A DNA stretch of 50,682 nucleotides from a virus (IMGVR_UViG_3300031953_000022:1-50682), one strand, 5' to 3'. Counted from the stretch's first letter, positions 10,115 to 19,666 are shown. Numbers and translations: made by a program. The notes: generated by a model from the sequence alone, not told the origin.

Positions 10115-11068
10115 TTATGCTACAACCTCAGTAACCTGAGAACCCCGGTACACTGAAATTCCATCTTTGATAACTGCAACTGTTTTGGTCGCGTCATCCC
10201 AGGTAGATAGTTTTAAAGTGTCGGCTGCTACAAGTGGAGCAGCAAAAGTTGCAGTGTATTTGCCTGGCTCTCCTTCAGTTACCGCAGTTAGAGCAACTAG
10301 CTCATCATTTACAAGTAATTTAAAATCAGTTTCGCTTCCTCCCTGAAAAGCGGTTGTGCCGTCTTTCAAAAATGCGCTAAAAGTGATCTCACTCGCTGCG
10401 GCTTCAAATCCTGTTAAGGTTAGGTCCACATCATTGATACCTTCTACTTTGTCCGGTCTGAATGGTAAGTTTGCTTGACTGAAATAAGCCGCAAACTGGT
10501 TGTAATCCTGAGGGTTGTTTAATTCAACCATCATTCCAACTTTTCCGGAAACGGAACCGTCTGCCTCTGTAAATGGATCGGTGTCCAAAAGACCAACGCT
10601 GGCCCCGGTGATCACATTTCCATTTTGGGTAAGCTTCATATTCCCTTTAGAATCTATCGAAACATAGTCATAGATATCGTTGGAATCATAAGAAGCCATT
10701 ACGGATTGCAGGGTATCATCCTTATCCCATGTGAATCGGTATTTGTAGATTCCTTTTCTAGAAAGAGAAGAAAGTCCGATATTGGAAGTCTCCACGGTAT
10801 TGGCCTCTGTCAATCTTTCAAATCCAAAACCTAAAGGCATTGGATTGATATTTCCTTTCTGGATTTCAAGGGCTATTCCCTCAGCGGTTAGATCTACAAT
10901 TGACCCGTAGTCAAACCCTCTTTTGGATATCCAGAAAGTACGCGGCACACCCTCTTTATAGGAGCAGTGTTTGGAGCCTGTCCCTTTTCGGGCGGCTATT
11001 GCACAATTTACTTTATTGATAATGTCTGAAGCGACAATTGCTAAAAGTAGAAACATTCCATTTTTCAT
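10115..11068 (-). CDS. Major tail (tube) protein with C-terminal Ig-like extension
   Basis: 317 aa; N-terminal C...GTG...C motif; beta-rich C-terminus; followed by strong terminator. Confidence 0.75.
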   Translation of the reverse strand: MKNGMFLLLAIVASDIINKVNCAIAARKGTGSKHCSYKEGVPRTFWISKRGFDYGSIVDLTAEGIALEIQKGNINPMPLGFGFERLTEANTVETSNIGLSSLSRKGIYKYRFTWDKDDTLQSVMASYDSNDIYDYVSIDSKGNMKLTQNGNVITGASVGLLDTDPFTEADGSVSGKVGMMVELNNPQDYNQFAAYFSQANLPFRPDKVEGINDVDLTLTGFEAAASEITFSAFLKDGTTAFQGGSETDFKLLVNDELVALTAVTEGEPGKYTATFAAPLVAADTLKLSTWDDATKTVAVIKDGISVYRGSQVTEVVA

Positions 11069-11070
11069 AA

Positions 11071-11253
11071 TTAGATTTTTTTTATTATACCTTTGTCAAG
11101 GTTAAAAATCGCTGCCTTTTCATTCAGCTTAACGGTTTTCCCTGCCTGTACCACACCGCTTCCAAAATTCTTAGCATAAACCACTAAGTATTCTTTTCGC
11201 GTTACGGCTGCGGGTTGTTTTGGGCTTTCGGCCTCTTTTTTATTTATTCCCAT
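11071..11253 (-). CDS. Small hypothetical structural-region protein
   Basis: ATG 11253 (MGINKKEAES...), 60 aa, fills the gap between neighbours. Confidence 0.6.
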   Translation of the reverse strand: MGINKKEAESPKQPAAVTRKEYLVVYAKNFGSGVVQAGKTVKLNEKAAIFNLDKGIIKKI

Positions 11254-11753
11254 ATTAATGGTTTTAAACAATTATTGTTAAATGATACGGTGCAGTCAAT
11301 TACAACGACATCCCATATATCTATTTGATTGTTCTTATCGGCTTCAGCATAATTTGGAACCCTGTCTAACCCAAAGTCATCATGCAGTCTTGAGATTGTT
11401 GAAGCCTCAAGTGCATAAAGAAAATTTTCTGCTAATGGATTTAAAACAGCTTTATAGCTGCTTTCCCATCGGTCTGTATTCAGGAGATCTGTATTAGGTT
11501 CTGAAACCGCTAAAATAAACCTGCATTTTCTTGTCACCTCTTCAGAAAGCCTGTTTTTTAATTTTTCAGGACTTCTTACAAGAATAATAAGAGGGTATGG
11601 CCTGTCTTTGAGTTTAAGGTATTGGTTGACTTCTTTGCTGTCTTTTGCCCAATAAAAATTAATAGGAAAAGAGATTGCATTTACGCCTTCACCTCGTATA
11701 TTCGGAGGTAAGACGAAAACAAGTTCCTGCGTTCTTTCTTCAAAGATTATCAT
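11244..11753 (-). CDS. Head-tail joining / tail terminator-like protein
   Basis: Position and size (169 aa), YPLI motif. Confidence 0.55.
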   Translation of the reverse strand: MIIFEERTQELVFVLPPNIRGEGVNAISFPINFYWAKDSKEVNQYLKLKDRPYPLIILVRSPEKLKNRLSEEVTRKCRFILAVSEPNTDLLNTDRWESSYKAVLNPLAENFLYALEASTISRLHDDFGLDRVPNYAEADKNNQIDIWDVVVIDCTVSFNNNCLKPLIWE

Positions 11754-12331
11754 ATCCCAAAAGGATTTATTCCGTTATAAAAACTACTGTATGAAGTGAA
11801 TTGCTCCACTTCCGGATAGGTTGTCTTATTGTCATTTAAAAAATGATACAAGGACCTACGCTTGGTGTTTTCTTCAAGAGAAGTATTCCCTTGGTATTTG
11901 TTATAAAAGGATCTATAGGTATCTACTAGTAACATTTCTGGCGAAATTGAAGTTGAATTATTCCCTTCCGGGCGTTCTACTCCAAGCGTGCTGAATGTTC
12001 CAAGTGTATTCCGGTGTAAAAACTCATGGAAGACATAGTAAGCCAGGAGGGAAATATCTTGTAATCCCTCCCAGTTTACATCTATGTTATCCACCTTATA
12101 GCTTTTCCCTTTAACAAGATCCTGAATGCGCTGTGGAGCGTTTTCAAGATTGCTGTAAGCTGTTTTTACTTCCTCATATAACAGTGAGCCAAGCCCATCT
12201 ATTAATATGTCCTTCTCGAATTCATCAATATAGGCCTGTACTTCATCCGTGCGGTCCGTCCCGTTAGGGGCCGCGACTGCGTTTGGAATCTTTAACCTGC
12301 CTGTTTGAAAAATATCGATTTTAAGGATCAT
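11750..12331 (-). CDS. Head-tail connector-like protein
   Basis: Position after capsid; YIDEFEKDILIDGLG..LY pattern. Confidence 0.6.
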   Translation of the reverse strand: MILKIDIFQTGRLKIPNAVAAPNGTDRTDEVQAYIDEFEKDILIDGLGSLLYEEVKTAYSNLENAPQRIQDLVKGKSYKVDNIDVNWEGLQDISLLAYYVFHEFLHRNTLGTFSTLGVERPEGNNSTSISPEMLLVDTYRSFYNKYQGNTSLEENTKRRSLYHFLNDNKTTYPEVEQFTSYSSFYNGINPFGI

Positions 12332-12334
12332 GGT

Positions 12335-12583
12335 TTAGCCTTTTTTTGCTTTAGACTTTGATTTGGGTGTTTCCGGTGTTTGGGCCTTTGGTGTTGGATT
12401 TGCCCCTGTTTTTGTTTCAGGATCTGGAATCACTTCAATATCCTTTACATCTTCAAGGGGCTCCTCTTTAGCCTTAGGCTCTTCAAAGGAAAATTTAAGG
12501 TTGTATTTGGCTGATCGCAAACGGTTCTCCCGTTGGATCAGCTCCAAATACTTCCTTTCACCTGTTATGGTCAATTTGGCCAT
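12335..12583 (-). CDS. Small hypothetical protein after capsid
   Basis: 82 aa, coupled start/stop overlap, low-complexity basic tail. Confidence 0.65.
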   Translation of the reverse strand: MAKLTITGERKYLELIQRENRLRSAKYNLKFSFEEPKAKEEPLEDVKDIEVIPDPETKTGANPTPKAQTPETPKSKSKAKKG

Positions 12584-14175
12584 TATACAGTTTTAGCGAT
12601 TGCAGTTTTCGCTGTTCCAAAACTACCTACCACAAACATATATTTGTTGTAAATAGGGAACAACACTTCTTCCTGGATGATCGCTTCAACAGAATTTGTA
12701 AGTTTCTCTTGAGTGCTTTCAGAAAATTCAAGAACCAATTCAGAGAATTGACCAAGGCCAGCGGCCATAGCCCAATCTCCTACCGCAAATCTACCTGCTG
12801 GCATTGCTGTAGTCTCTACTACCGGAGTTCCTGAAATAGTAAGAACACCATTTTCAAGCCTTTTCACATCGATATAATGCTCATCAGAACCTTTCAAGGT
12901 TTCAATTTTTGTTGCATCAATTGGATTCAAAACGATTCCATTGGCGCTATACTCCTGAATGGTACATAAAGTTTTGGCAACTTTAAGCACGTCAATTTCC
13001 TGAGCTGCTTCAATGGATGTTTTAAAAGCGTTGTTCACTCCAAATGTCCAGGCAGCAGTTGATCCGGCTGCATAAGCAACATCGACAAGAATCTTGGTAG
13101 GACTGATCACGGTTGCGGAAAGAGACGCATTGTAAGCTACTTGCCCGGTAGTCGCACCTGCAATAGTAATAATATCACCGTTGTTCACATTTTGCGGAGC
13201 TGCAAAGTTCACAATGGTTTTTGCGCCGCTGTCATACGATTCTACAGAGGTAATGGAACCGGCCACACCTGCAATTGAGGCATTGATAAGGGTTGCAAAG
13301 TCCTGAGCTACTTTGAAAATTCCCAGTATGTTGTTCCCTTGACCATCTCCGTGAAGCAATTGGAAATCTTCCTGATACTTCACCTGTGAAGGTAAACGTT
13401 GCATAAGGTGGTTTACCACGAATTGAGCAGACCTAAGCATCCTTTTTGAAAGGGATACATGAGTACCGATCCTTTTGGCATCTACAGTCGATTCGCGAAC
13501 CTTGAAAGTAGATTCTGCTAACGCTCCGTTTTCGGAGTTCATTCCGGCTTGTCTGTCCCAATCGTAAACCTCGATAAAGGCTAGGTAAGGAAGATCCGCA
13601 GGCATAACAGTAAGCAAATCTCTAATGTTCAAACGTTGAACAGATGGATGGTCAATTACACGGGTATCACGGCTGGTAATATGCACCAAACTGTTTCCTG
13701 TATAATCATTGCTCACAGATACCGCTTTCAAGGTGAAAGAGGCTTTCTTTTTCCCGTTGGATTCCACAAATTCCTTGAAAGAATCGCTTTCCACGGCGTC
13801 GATAAGGGTTTTTCTAAAAGCCCCTTTGATGTCCGGACTTCCTCCGTTGTCTTTCAACTTAGAAAGTTCAGTTCCCTGCTCTTTCAGCTTTTCTTTATAA
13901 CCTTCCAAGGTTTCTTGAAATTTCTCGAATTTCTCAGCGTCAAAACCTTTCAGTTTTTCAGTAAGTTCGCTGAACTTCTCAGTAAATTTCTCTTCAGTGA
14001 TCACGCCAGATTTCATTCCGGAAACCAGTTCATTGAATTCCGTTTTAAATCCGTCGATTTGCTCTTTGTTTTGCTCTTTTATTTTAAGCAATAAAGCATC
14101 TTCTTGTGTCTTTTTTTCTTGTTCGGCCGCTGTTAAGGCAAATAACAAAATGAAAGGCATGTTCTTGTTTTTCAT
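12583..14175 (-). CDS. Major capsid protein, HK97 fold, with N-terminal delta domain and an inserted beta domain
   Basis: Coiled-coil N-terminus; EDFQLLHGDGQGNNIL, IVLNPID, GTPVVETTAMPAGRFAVGDW motifs. Confidence 0.93.
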   Translation of the reverse strand: MKNKNMPFILLFALTAAEQEKKTQEDALLLKIKEQNKEQIDGFKTEFNELVSGMKSGVITEEKFTEKFSELTEKLKGFDAEKFEKFQETLEGYKEKLKEQGTELSKLKDNGGSPDIKGAFRKTLIDAVESDSFKEFVESNGKKKASFTLKAVSVSNDYTGNSLVHITSRDTRVIDHPSVQRLNIRDLLTVMPADLPYLAFIEVYDWDRQAGMNSENGALAESTFKVRESTVDAKRIGTHVSLSKRMLRSAQFVVNHLMQRLPSQVKYQEDFQLLHGDGQGNNILGIFKVAQDFATLINASIAGVAGSITSVESYDSGAKTIVNFAAPQNVNNGDIITIAGATTGQVAYNASLSATVISPTKILVDVAYAAGSTAAWTFGVNNAFKTSIEAAQEIDVLKVAKTLCTIQEYSANGIVLNPIDATKIETLKGSDEHYIDVKRLENGVLTISGTPVVETTAMPAGRFAVGDWAMAAGLGQFSELVLEFSESTQEKLTNSVEAIIQEEVLFPIYNKYMFVVGSFGTAKTAIAKTV

Positions 14176-14198
14176 TGGTAATTGGGTTAAATGGTTAA

Positions 14199-15059
14199 TT
14201 ATAATTGAGAGATCAGACTACCGTAATCTATCGTAGTGACTTTTTTAGACGGCCCTTTGTAAAGGGTGTCTTTTTTAGTCGGCTCCTTGGATAACACATC
14301 TGAGAAAATTTGTTTTATTTGATTGATTTGTAATTCTACCATTCGGCCTTCCTCTTTTACATTTCCTCCTGATTTAATTTCATTCTGAAGGCTGTTCATT
14401 CTGCTAAACAATTCGAATAACTGATCGTCTTTTGATTTGGATTTAAACCCTACCACTCCGGTAAGACTGTTGGCCCCAAATGTTACCACTGAGGCTTCGA
14501 ATAATTCTATTTCTTTAACTATGAAGAAAAACCCGTGCTTATCTGCCTCTTCGGGGTTTAGGATCTGTGGGTAGTATTCATCCCAATACGCCTGGGAATC
14601 GCTGTTATCTGAATCTTTTTGAGCAAATTCAAGGTCTTTGTATCGGAAACCTATAGAGTGATTATCGTATCCTCCAGACTGGTATTTCACCAAATGTTCA
14701 TCACCTGCGGGGGTTTCAAAGATTTCAGATTCGTAATAAATTACAGACTTCCCGTCGATCTTTGTCTCTTCAGTCACCACTGGTTTGCCTACCATTTTAT
14801 CAGTGGTCATTTTATGGTCTGCAAGGTGTTTTACCTTCGCTGAAGCGTTGGATTGTGCCCCGCGGTCGTTCAATGTCTTTCTTGCGCATCCGTCAATAAG
14901 TATATCAAGATCACTATCCAACCAGTAATAGGTATTGGCAATGAATTGAACCGTCCTTTTTTGAAGGTCAACTTCTTTAACCTGGTTTGCCAGCCCCGAA
15001 CTTTTGACAGGGTAGTGCATTCCAAGCTTTTTCTTCTTTAATTTTTCAATATCTACCAT
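14199..15059 (-). CDS. HK97-family prohead protease
   Basis: LDSDLD, HLADH, HSIGF, ELFEASVVTFGAN motifs. Confidence 0.92.
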   Translation of the reverse strand: MVDIEKLKKKKLGMHYPVKSSGLANQVKEVDLQKRTVQFIANTYYWLDSDLDILIDGCARKTLNDRGAQSNASAKVKHLADHKMTTDKMVGKPVVTEETKIDGKSVIYYESEIFETPAGDEHLVKYQSGGYDNHSIGFRYKDLEFAQKDSDNSDSQAYWDEYYPQILNPEEADKHGFFFIVKEIELFEASVVTFGANSLTGVVGFKSKSKDDQLFELFSRMNSLQNEIKSGGNVKEEGRMVELQINQIKQIFSDVLSKEPTKKDTLYKGPSKKVTTIDYGSLISQL

Positions 15060-15061
15060 AA

Positions 15062-15262
15062 CTATATGATTTTAGGCACTGGGGTGTAACTCCTGCTTCC
15101 TGAATATCTTTTACTGTATTTCCGGTTTCGCTCAGCCATCCTTTCTTTTCGCTCTTCCTGTCTTTGATCCCTAGCGTCAGATTTTACTGATTCTGAATAA
15201 TTCCCGTGGAACCTAGACTTGATCCATCGGAATATTTTGAATAAAAAGCTTGTCTTATCCAT
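15062..15262 (-). CDS. Small basic hypothetical protein
   Basis: 66 aa ORF tightly packed between portal and protease. Confidence 0.55.
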   Translation of the reverse strand: MDKTSFLFKIFRWIKSRFHGNYSESVKSDARDQRQEERKERMAERNRKYSKRYSGSRSYTPVPKII

Positions 15263-16637
15263 TTTGAGGTTTTGAGGTTTTTACTGTTCCGATAGCGCTC
15301 CTTTGGCTTTCGTTTAGATCCCATATACGCAGTTCTCCAAATACGGCATCGTTAGGCATATCGAACGCTGCTAAATAATTATTGTAGGTTATGGCCCCTA
15401 TTTTAAAGGCCGATAATGCTGTTTCTTGTTTTGTTTTTTGCGTCTCAGCCTCTTCCTTTTTATTGATCTGAAGGATATTGAGGTGGTCATAAGTGCCTAA
15501 AAGCTCAATACCTAATTCCTTTGTCTTAAAGAAATTGTTCAGTCCTACCATAAAATCCTTTGATTCAGGTATAATTGTGGAATCGTACAACCTTTTTTCG
15601 CTTGCGTCCAGATTGCTGAAAGTGCCTCCCTTTAGGTAATACTTTGCCAATAATTCAGGTACCCCGAATGAGTTGGCGACTGCAATGGCATCAGATTCTA
15701 CCTCTTCAAACAACATGAGTTCTTTTACGCTCATTGCCATTTTTTGGTATTTCAAGGGTTGTGGAGAAATAAGAAGGTTGTGCTGGTCCTCCATCAGTCC
15801 GTATTTTTTATAATCATCCTGCACCTCTTTCTTTTCTTCTGGAGACAATGCGATATTTCCCATCGCTTCATCTTTCTTTTCAGAGGTAAGAATCCCTAGC
15901 GCGCCCCTTCTGTTGATCAAGACATTTCGACTTTCATAAGCTTTGTCTATATTGGAAATAGGCGATCTAAGGGCAATAAGTTTTGATTTTCCTTCGGTGA
16001 AATGCGCATCCAGTTGAATGTTCACGTTATTGGAATGGAAAACGGTATTGGTCGGAAACCTAAGTTCACGACCGTTCATATCCAAAAATATATATTCTTT
16101 TACTATTTCTTCCAGGCTGGTAGCTTCGAGCCATTTCCCGGTAAGGACCGGTGTAACCTTGTAGGAAAAAAGATTGTTCATCACATTGATATCTTCGTAT
16201 GTGAACTTGTTTTTCCATCCTACAGGAAGCGAGGCGTACACGTAAGCGTTCCCAAATACCTCATTATTTACCTTATGCTGCATCAACCATTCGTATGTGG
16301 ATTGAAGCGGGTTTGGTCTAGACAATAAAGCGGCCAGCTTTCCTTTGTCCTTTTCGTATTTTTCAAGAGGGAATATTTCGTCGGTCTTAAGGTCTTTTAC
16401 AGAAAATTTGATGTTCGCAAAGGCCTCTGCCTTGATATTAATAATAGCCTGTACTATCGGGTTTTCCTGATAACACTTCAATAAATAAGATAATTCTGAT
16501 AAGTTCCTCCAGGACGGTGTTCCTGATACCTGATACGTGGAGCCTGGAAAGGTGGTATTGGTTCCCAGCGAACGCAAGGAATCTTTTATAATAAGTTTAC
16601 CAAGTGAAGTTTTGCCTAGTAATGCGCCTATATTCAT
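15255..16637 (-). CDS. Portal protein (HK97-type)
   Basis: LLSRPNPLQS, FGNAYVY, VANSFGVPELL, TFSN, YDSTIIP motifs. Confidence 0.95.
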   Translation of the reverse strand: MNIGALLGKTSLGKLIIKDSLRSLGTNTTFPGSTYQVSGTPSWRNLSELSYLLKCYQENPIVQAIINIKAEAFANIKFSVKDLKTDEIFPLEKYEKDKGKLAALLSRPNPLQSTYEWLMQHKVNNEVFGNAYVYASLPVGWKNKFTYEDINVMNNLFSYKVTPVLTGKWLEATSLEEIVKEYIFLDMNGRELRFPTNTVFHSNNVNIQLDAHFTEGKSKLIALRSPISNIDKAYESRNVLINRRGALGILTSEKKDEAMGNIALSPEEKKEVQDDYKKYGLMEDQHNLLISPQPLKYQKMAMSVKELMLFEEVESDAIAVANSFGVPELLAKYYLKGGTFSNLDASEKRLYDSTIIPESKDFMVGLNNFFKTKELGIELLGTYDHLNILQINKKEEAETQKTKQETALSAFKIGAITYNNYLAAFDMPNDAVFGELRIWDLNESQRSAIGTVKTSKPQNG

Positions 16638-16659
16638 TCTTAATAAAATCTCTAAGAAA

Positions 16660-16694
16660 CAAATATAATCTTTATTTAGAATTAATCTAAATAA
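16660..16694 (-). promoter_or_regulatory. Head-tail operon promoter (-7 TATATTTG) with Fur-box-like palindrome
   Basis: TATATTTG at 16667-16660; TTATTTAGA-ATTAA-TCTAAATAA at 16672-16694. Confidence 0.7.
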
Positions 16695-16799
16695 TATTAG
16701 GTTATTTTTTTAATTTGTTTTATTGGTTTGTGGGGTTTGGCGTGAGGTGTGATTTTTTGGAGCGGGAAAATGCGTGTTTGTTTGGTGTCGTGTGGGATT

Positions 16800-16827
16800 A
16801 AAAAACCCATCTGGCGTAGGTGGGTTT
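16800..16827 (-). terminator. Intrinsic terminator ending the accessory island
   Basis: Minus strand AAACCCACCT-ACGCC-AGATGGGTTTTTT. Confidence 0.65.
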
Positions 16828-16871
16828 GGGTTTGATATAACGGTTACATCTACTTATTCAGTTGTAAAGGA

Positions 16872-17273
16872 TTACTTTACAACTGGATTTATTACTTTTA
16901 TTTCAAGTTCTTTTTCGGTTAAAGCGTAAACGATGTTTTGTAAAGTGTGAATGTATAATTAAATACATTCGGTATTAGTGGTATCTTCATTATTGTAAGT
17001 GATTAATTCAAAGCCATCTGTTACAGGATTAAATCCGAAAACATCTTCATCTGGAAGGCAAAAAACTCCGTATTCATTAATAAGTCCAAGCTTTAATAAC
17101 CATTCTTCATTTAATGAAAGCCCCGTAAATTGGAACAAGTCAATCCAAATTTCTTCATCTGTTTCAGGAATAAAAACAATTACCCCGCCTGAATGTATTT
17201 CTCTGACTATACATAAAACCCCGTCAAGATCAATGTAATTTCCAATTCTAAGTTCGTTCGCTTGTAATTCCAT
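16872..17273 (-). pseudogene. Conserved Bacteroidota-phage hypothetical gene with in-frame TAA
   Basis: ANELRIGNY N-terminus; the family-type C-terminal motif YIHTLQNIVYALTEKELEI lies in frame after the TAA at 16961-16959. Confidence 0.65.
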
Positions 17274-17557
17274 TAGTCAAGGGGCTTTAATTCGTGAGTT
17301 GAATCGGTTTCTTTTTTTATCATAGGGGCAAAATTGCTTTTAGATATAATCTCTTCATAAACGAAAATTTTAGATTCTAAAATTCCAAGTTTCTCATCAT
17401 GATCATCTAGCAAGTGCTTTCTGATTATTTGCTCAATAATTACCCTTGCTTCTTTATCAATAGCATCGGTGTCGTAATTTCCTATATTACTGGATGCCTT
17501 AGATATCCTTTTGCTGAATAATTCATTCAATAAATCAGTTAGTTTATTTTCTTTCAT
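17273..17557 (-). CDS. Hypothetical protein
   Basis: 94 aa, coupled to neighbours. Confidence 0.7.
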   Translation of the reverse strand: MKENKLTDLLNELFSKRISKASSNIGNYDTDAIDKEARVIIEQIIRKHLLDDHDEKLGILESKIFVYEEIISKSNFAPMIKKETDSTHELKPLD

Positions 17558-17560
17558 TAG

Positions 17561-17797
17561 TCAAGGGGTGTTTGGTTTATCTACAATTGTCCAATTCCAT
17601 TTTTTGGCTATCTTAATCAATTCAGCTTTAGTATTTCTCCCTTTGACTGATACATATTTATTTCCGCTTTCGTGAATCCAATAGATATGCCATTTTAAAT
17701 TACCTAGATACTCAATATACTGTTCTTTTCCAACCAAAATATCTCCATAAGGGAGGAACATTACACGTGTTTCCATAATCTTATCTTTACTCATCAC
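17561..17797 (-). CDS. Hypothetical protein
   Basis: 78 aa ORF in tandem cluster. Confidence 0.65.
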   Translation of the reverse strand: MMSKDKIMETRVMFLPYGDILVGKEQYIEYLGNLKWHIYWIHESGNKYVSVKGRNTKAELIKIAKKWNWTIVDKPNTP

Positions 17798-17960
17798 TGT
17801 CCTTTTTTATTTTGTATTTCCCCAGGATCTTCATTACGGTTTTCTTTATGAAATCAACTTTAGATATCGGAACTTTAAATGAAACTGATTTAGTAGGTTC
17901 TGAATATTGTGGTTTGGGTCCTGATCCGGGACGTTTGCCACCTCTTTTATCTTTGGTCAT
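17787..17960 (-). CDS. Small DNA-binding protein (RGGKRPGSG motif plus ribbon-helix-helix-like segment)
   Basis: Own translation MTKDKRGGKRPGSGPKPQYSEPTKSVSFKVPISKVDFIRKTVMKIL..., 57 aa, below track cutoff. Confidence 0.7.
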   Translation of the reverse strand: MTKDKRGGKRPGSGPKPQYSEPTKSVSFKVPISKVDFIKKTVMKILGKYKIKKDSDE

Positions 17961-18003
17961 TTGTTAGTTTTGTGTTTTTATAATTAGTTGTAAACAATAA
18001 AAA

Positions 18004-18195
18004 TTAAGCATTTTTGTACTTGGTTTCTATTGCCCTTAAACGCCTCAATATTTCCTTCAATTCTTTAGTACTACCCATACAACATTCTAACTTTTCATTA
18101 ACCTCTTCCCAAGCGTTTCCAATGGCTTGTATTTCTTTTTCAGTTATATTTATTCTCATAATTTTTAAAGATTTATAACAACGTATATAAATCAT
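18004..18195 (-). CDS. Hypothetical protein
   Basis: ORF track; true start may be the internal MRINIT. Confidence 0.55.
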   Translation of the reverse strand: MIYIRCYKSLKIMRINITEKEIQAIGNAWEEVNEKLECCMGSTKELKEILRRLRAIETKYKNA

Positions 18196-18383
18196 ATAAC
18201 ACTACCATAGGTTTTCCTACTGTAATTGCAATAAGGGTTTTCGCAAAAATCAATTTTTTTATCTGTTAAAAGCCTTAATGCTTTACCACATTTCGGGCAT
18301 TTTTTATCAATATTCATAGACTTTAAATCTTCATCCCAAGAATCGTAAAGCCTTTGTAATTGTTCTTCTTCTATGCAGCTCAT
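18192..18383 (-). CDS. Zinc-ribbon protein
   Basis: CPKCG...FCENPYCNY. Confidence 0.7.
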   Translation of the reverse strand: MSCIEEEQLQRLYDSWDEDLKSMNIDKKCPKCGKALRLLTDKKIDFCENPYCNYSRKTYGSVI

Positions 18384-18385
18384 AA

Positions 18386-18757
18386 TTATTCTATTATAGT
18401 TTCAATTGCTCGTTTCATAATTAGCCTTGCGGTTTCTTTGTTGCTTGTCATAGATTTGTGATAACCGCAGATAATTTCAATATCTAAGTCTTTGCATTTT
18501 ATAGAAACTAAATTTCTAATTACAGAAACTTGTTGTCCGCTAAGTTTGGAAGTATCAACCATTTTCACCTCACAGTTATCTAATAATCCTTGTCTTGATT
18601 TTTCAAAATTCTCCTGTCTATCGTTTTCTATTTTAAGGTTTTTAATAATTTCAATTGTCTGAATTACACCTTCATAATAAGCTTCGTGAGCCTTACTTTC
18701 TTTTCGAGTTTCATAAGCCTGTTTTCTAAAATCTTCTATTTCTTTCTCTAATTTCAT
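18386..18757 (-). CDS. Hypothetical protein
   Basis: 123 aa ORF in tandem cluster. Confidence 0.65.
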   Translation of the reverse strand: MKLEKEIEDFRKQAYETRKESKAHEAYYEGVIQTIEIIKNLKIENDRQENFEKSRQGLLDNCEVKMVDTSKLSGQQVSVIRNLVSIKCKDLDIEIICGYHKSMTSNKETARLIMKRAIETIIE

Positions 18758-18761
18758 AATA

Positions 18762-18950
18762 TTATATTTTAATTAATCCTGCTCTTAGCATTCTTATTTC
18801 ATTGTCTTTTTCTTCTAATACCAATCTTACAAGTGTAGCGGGTGCAGTTCCTTCCTGACCGTGTTTATCTATCATTTCCGCAGATAAGTCTAGTTCATTA
18901 ACTACATCTTCAAGCATATTTTCTAATTCTGGTTTTGTCCAACAACTCAT
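18762..18950 (-). CDS. Hypothetical protein
   Basis: 62 aa; first gene after a TATATTTA promoter near 18980. Confidence 0.65.
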   Translation of the reverse strand: MSCWTKPELENMLEDVVNELDLSAEMIDKHGQEGTAPATLVRLVLEEKDNEIRMLRAGLIKI

Positions 18951-19015
18951 TTTATTTGTTTTAAAGTGTTAATTTCCAGTAAATATACACCTATTTAATG
19001 AATAAGAAAACCTTT

Positions 19016-19552
19016 TCAAATAATAATTAAAGAAAGTTCCTTATAAACCTCCAAAGTAGCCTTACAATCTCCAAGCGCCCTATGCCTATCCAAGTGATCT
19101 ATCTTAAAATGATCACAAACACTAGATAGTTTGTTGCAGGAAAGGTTTAGGTGCTTTCTGGATAGTTCCAGGGTATCTTCAAGTTCATAATAAAAGTTGT
19201 GTTGCGTGAATCTGTCAAACAAATATTCAATCCTGCGAAAATCAAATAATTTAATGTTGTGCCCGATAATTGAGGTAACATTATTTGCAATTAACATTTC
19301 ATTGATTGCCTCACAAACCAAAGTGACAATTTCGCCCGCTTCAATCTCTTCCATACTTATCCCGTGAATTGCCATGGCATCTTCTTTATAACTTACCAAT
19401 TCATCAGAATCGGGCCGGGTGTAAGGTTTTATAATGAAGGAACGCTCTAAAACTACTTCTAGTTCGTCGTTTACAATTAAGATCCCTATTTCACAAACTG
19501 CGTTTTTTGTTATGCTGAAGCCGCCAGTTTCCAAATCCAGTACTGCTTTCAT
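19016..19552 (-). CDS. DEDDh 3'-5' exonuclease (DnaQ-like)
   Basis: DLETGG, GHNIKLFD, HRALGD motifs. Confidence 0.9.
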   Translation of the reverse strand: MKAVLDLETGGFSITKNAVCEIGILIVNDELEVVLERSFIIKPYTRPDSDELVSYKEDAMAIHGISMEEIEAGEIVTLVCEAINEMLIANNVTSIIGHNIKLFDFRRIEYLFDRFTQHNFYYELEDTLELSRKHLNLSCNKLSSVCDHFKIDHLDRHRALGDCKATLEVYKELSLIII

Positions 19553-19666
19553 CTATTTTTTATTTAAAGTTCTACTTAATTTCTCTTGATGTGATTCTTT
19601 TTTGCATCGGCAAAGATTGGTATTGTACCTCTTTTTGCATTTCGGACATTGCTCTTCTTTGTTCAT
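19553..19666 (-). CDS. Tiny Cys-rich protein
   Basis: Own translation MNKEEQCPKCKKRYNTNLCRCKK..., 37 aa, fills the gap exactly. Confidence 0.5.
   Translation of the reverse strand: MNKEEQCPKCKKRYNTNLCRCKKESHQEKLSRTLNKK

Noticed and set aside
9557-10115. Canonical tail-chaperone -1 frameshift pair
   Set aside because: No overlapping G/GT-type ORF pair identified between the tail tube and tape measure genes
571-16328. Plus-strand ORFs opposite structural genes (e.g. 7415-7975, 13636-14094)
   Set aside because: Antisense shadows of real genes with no recognisable motifs
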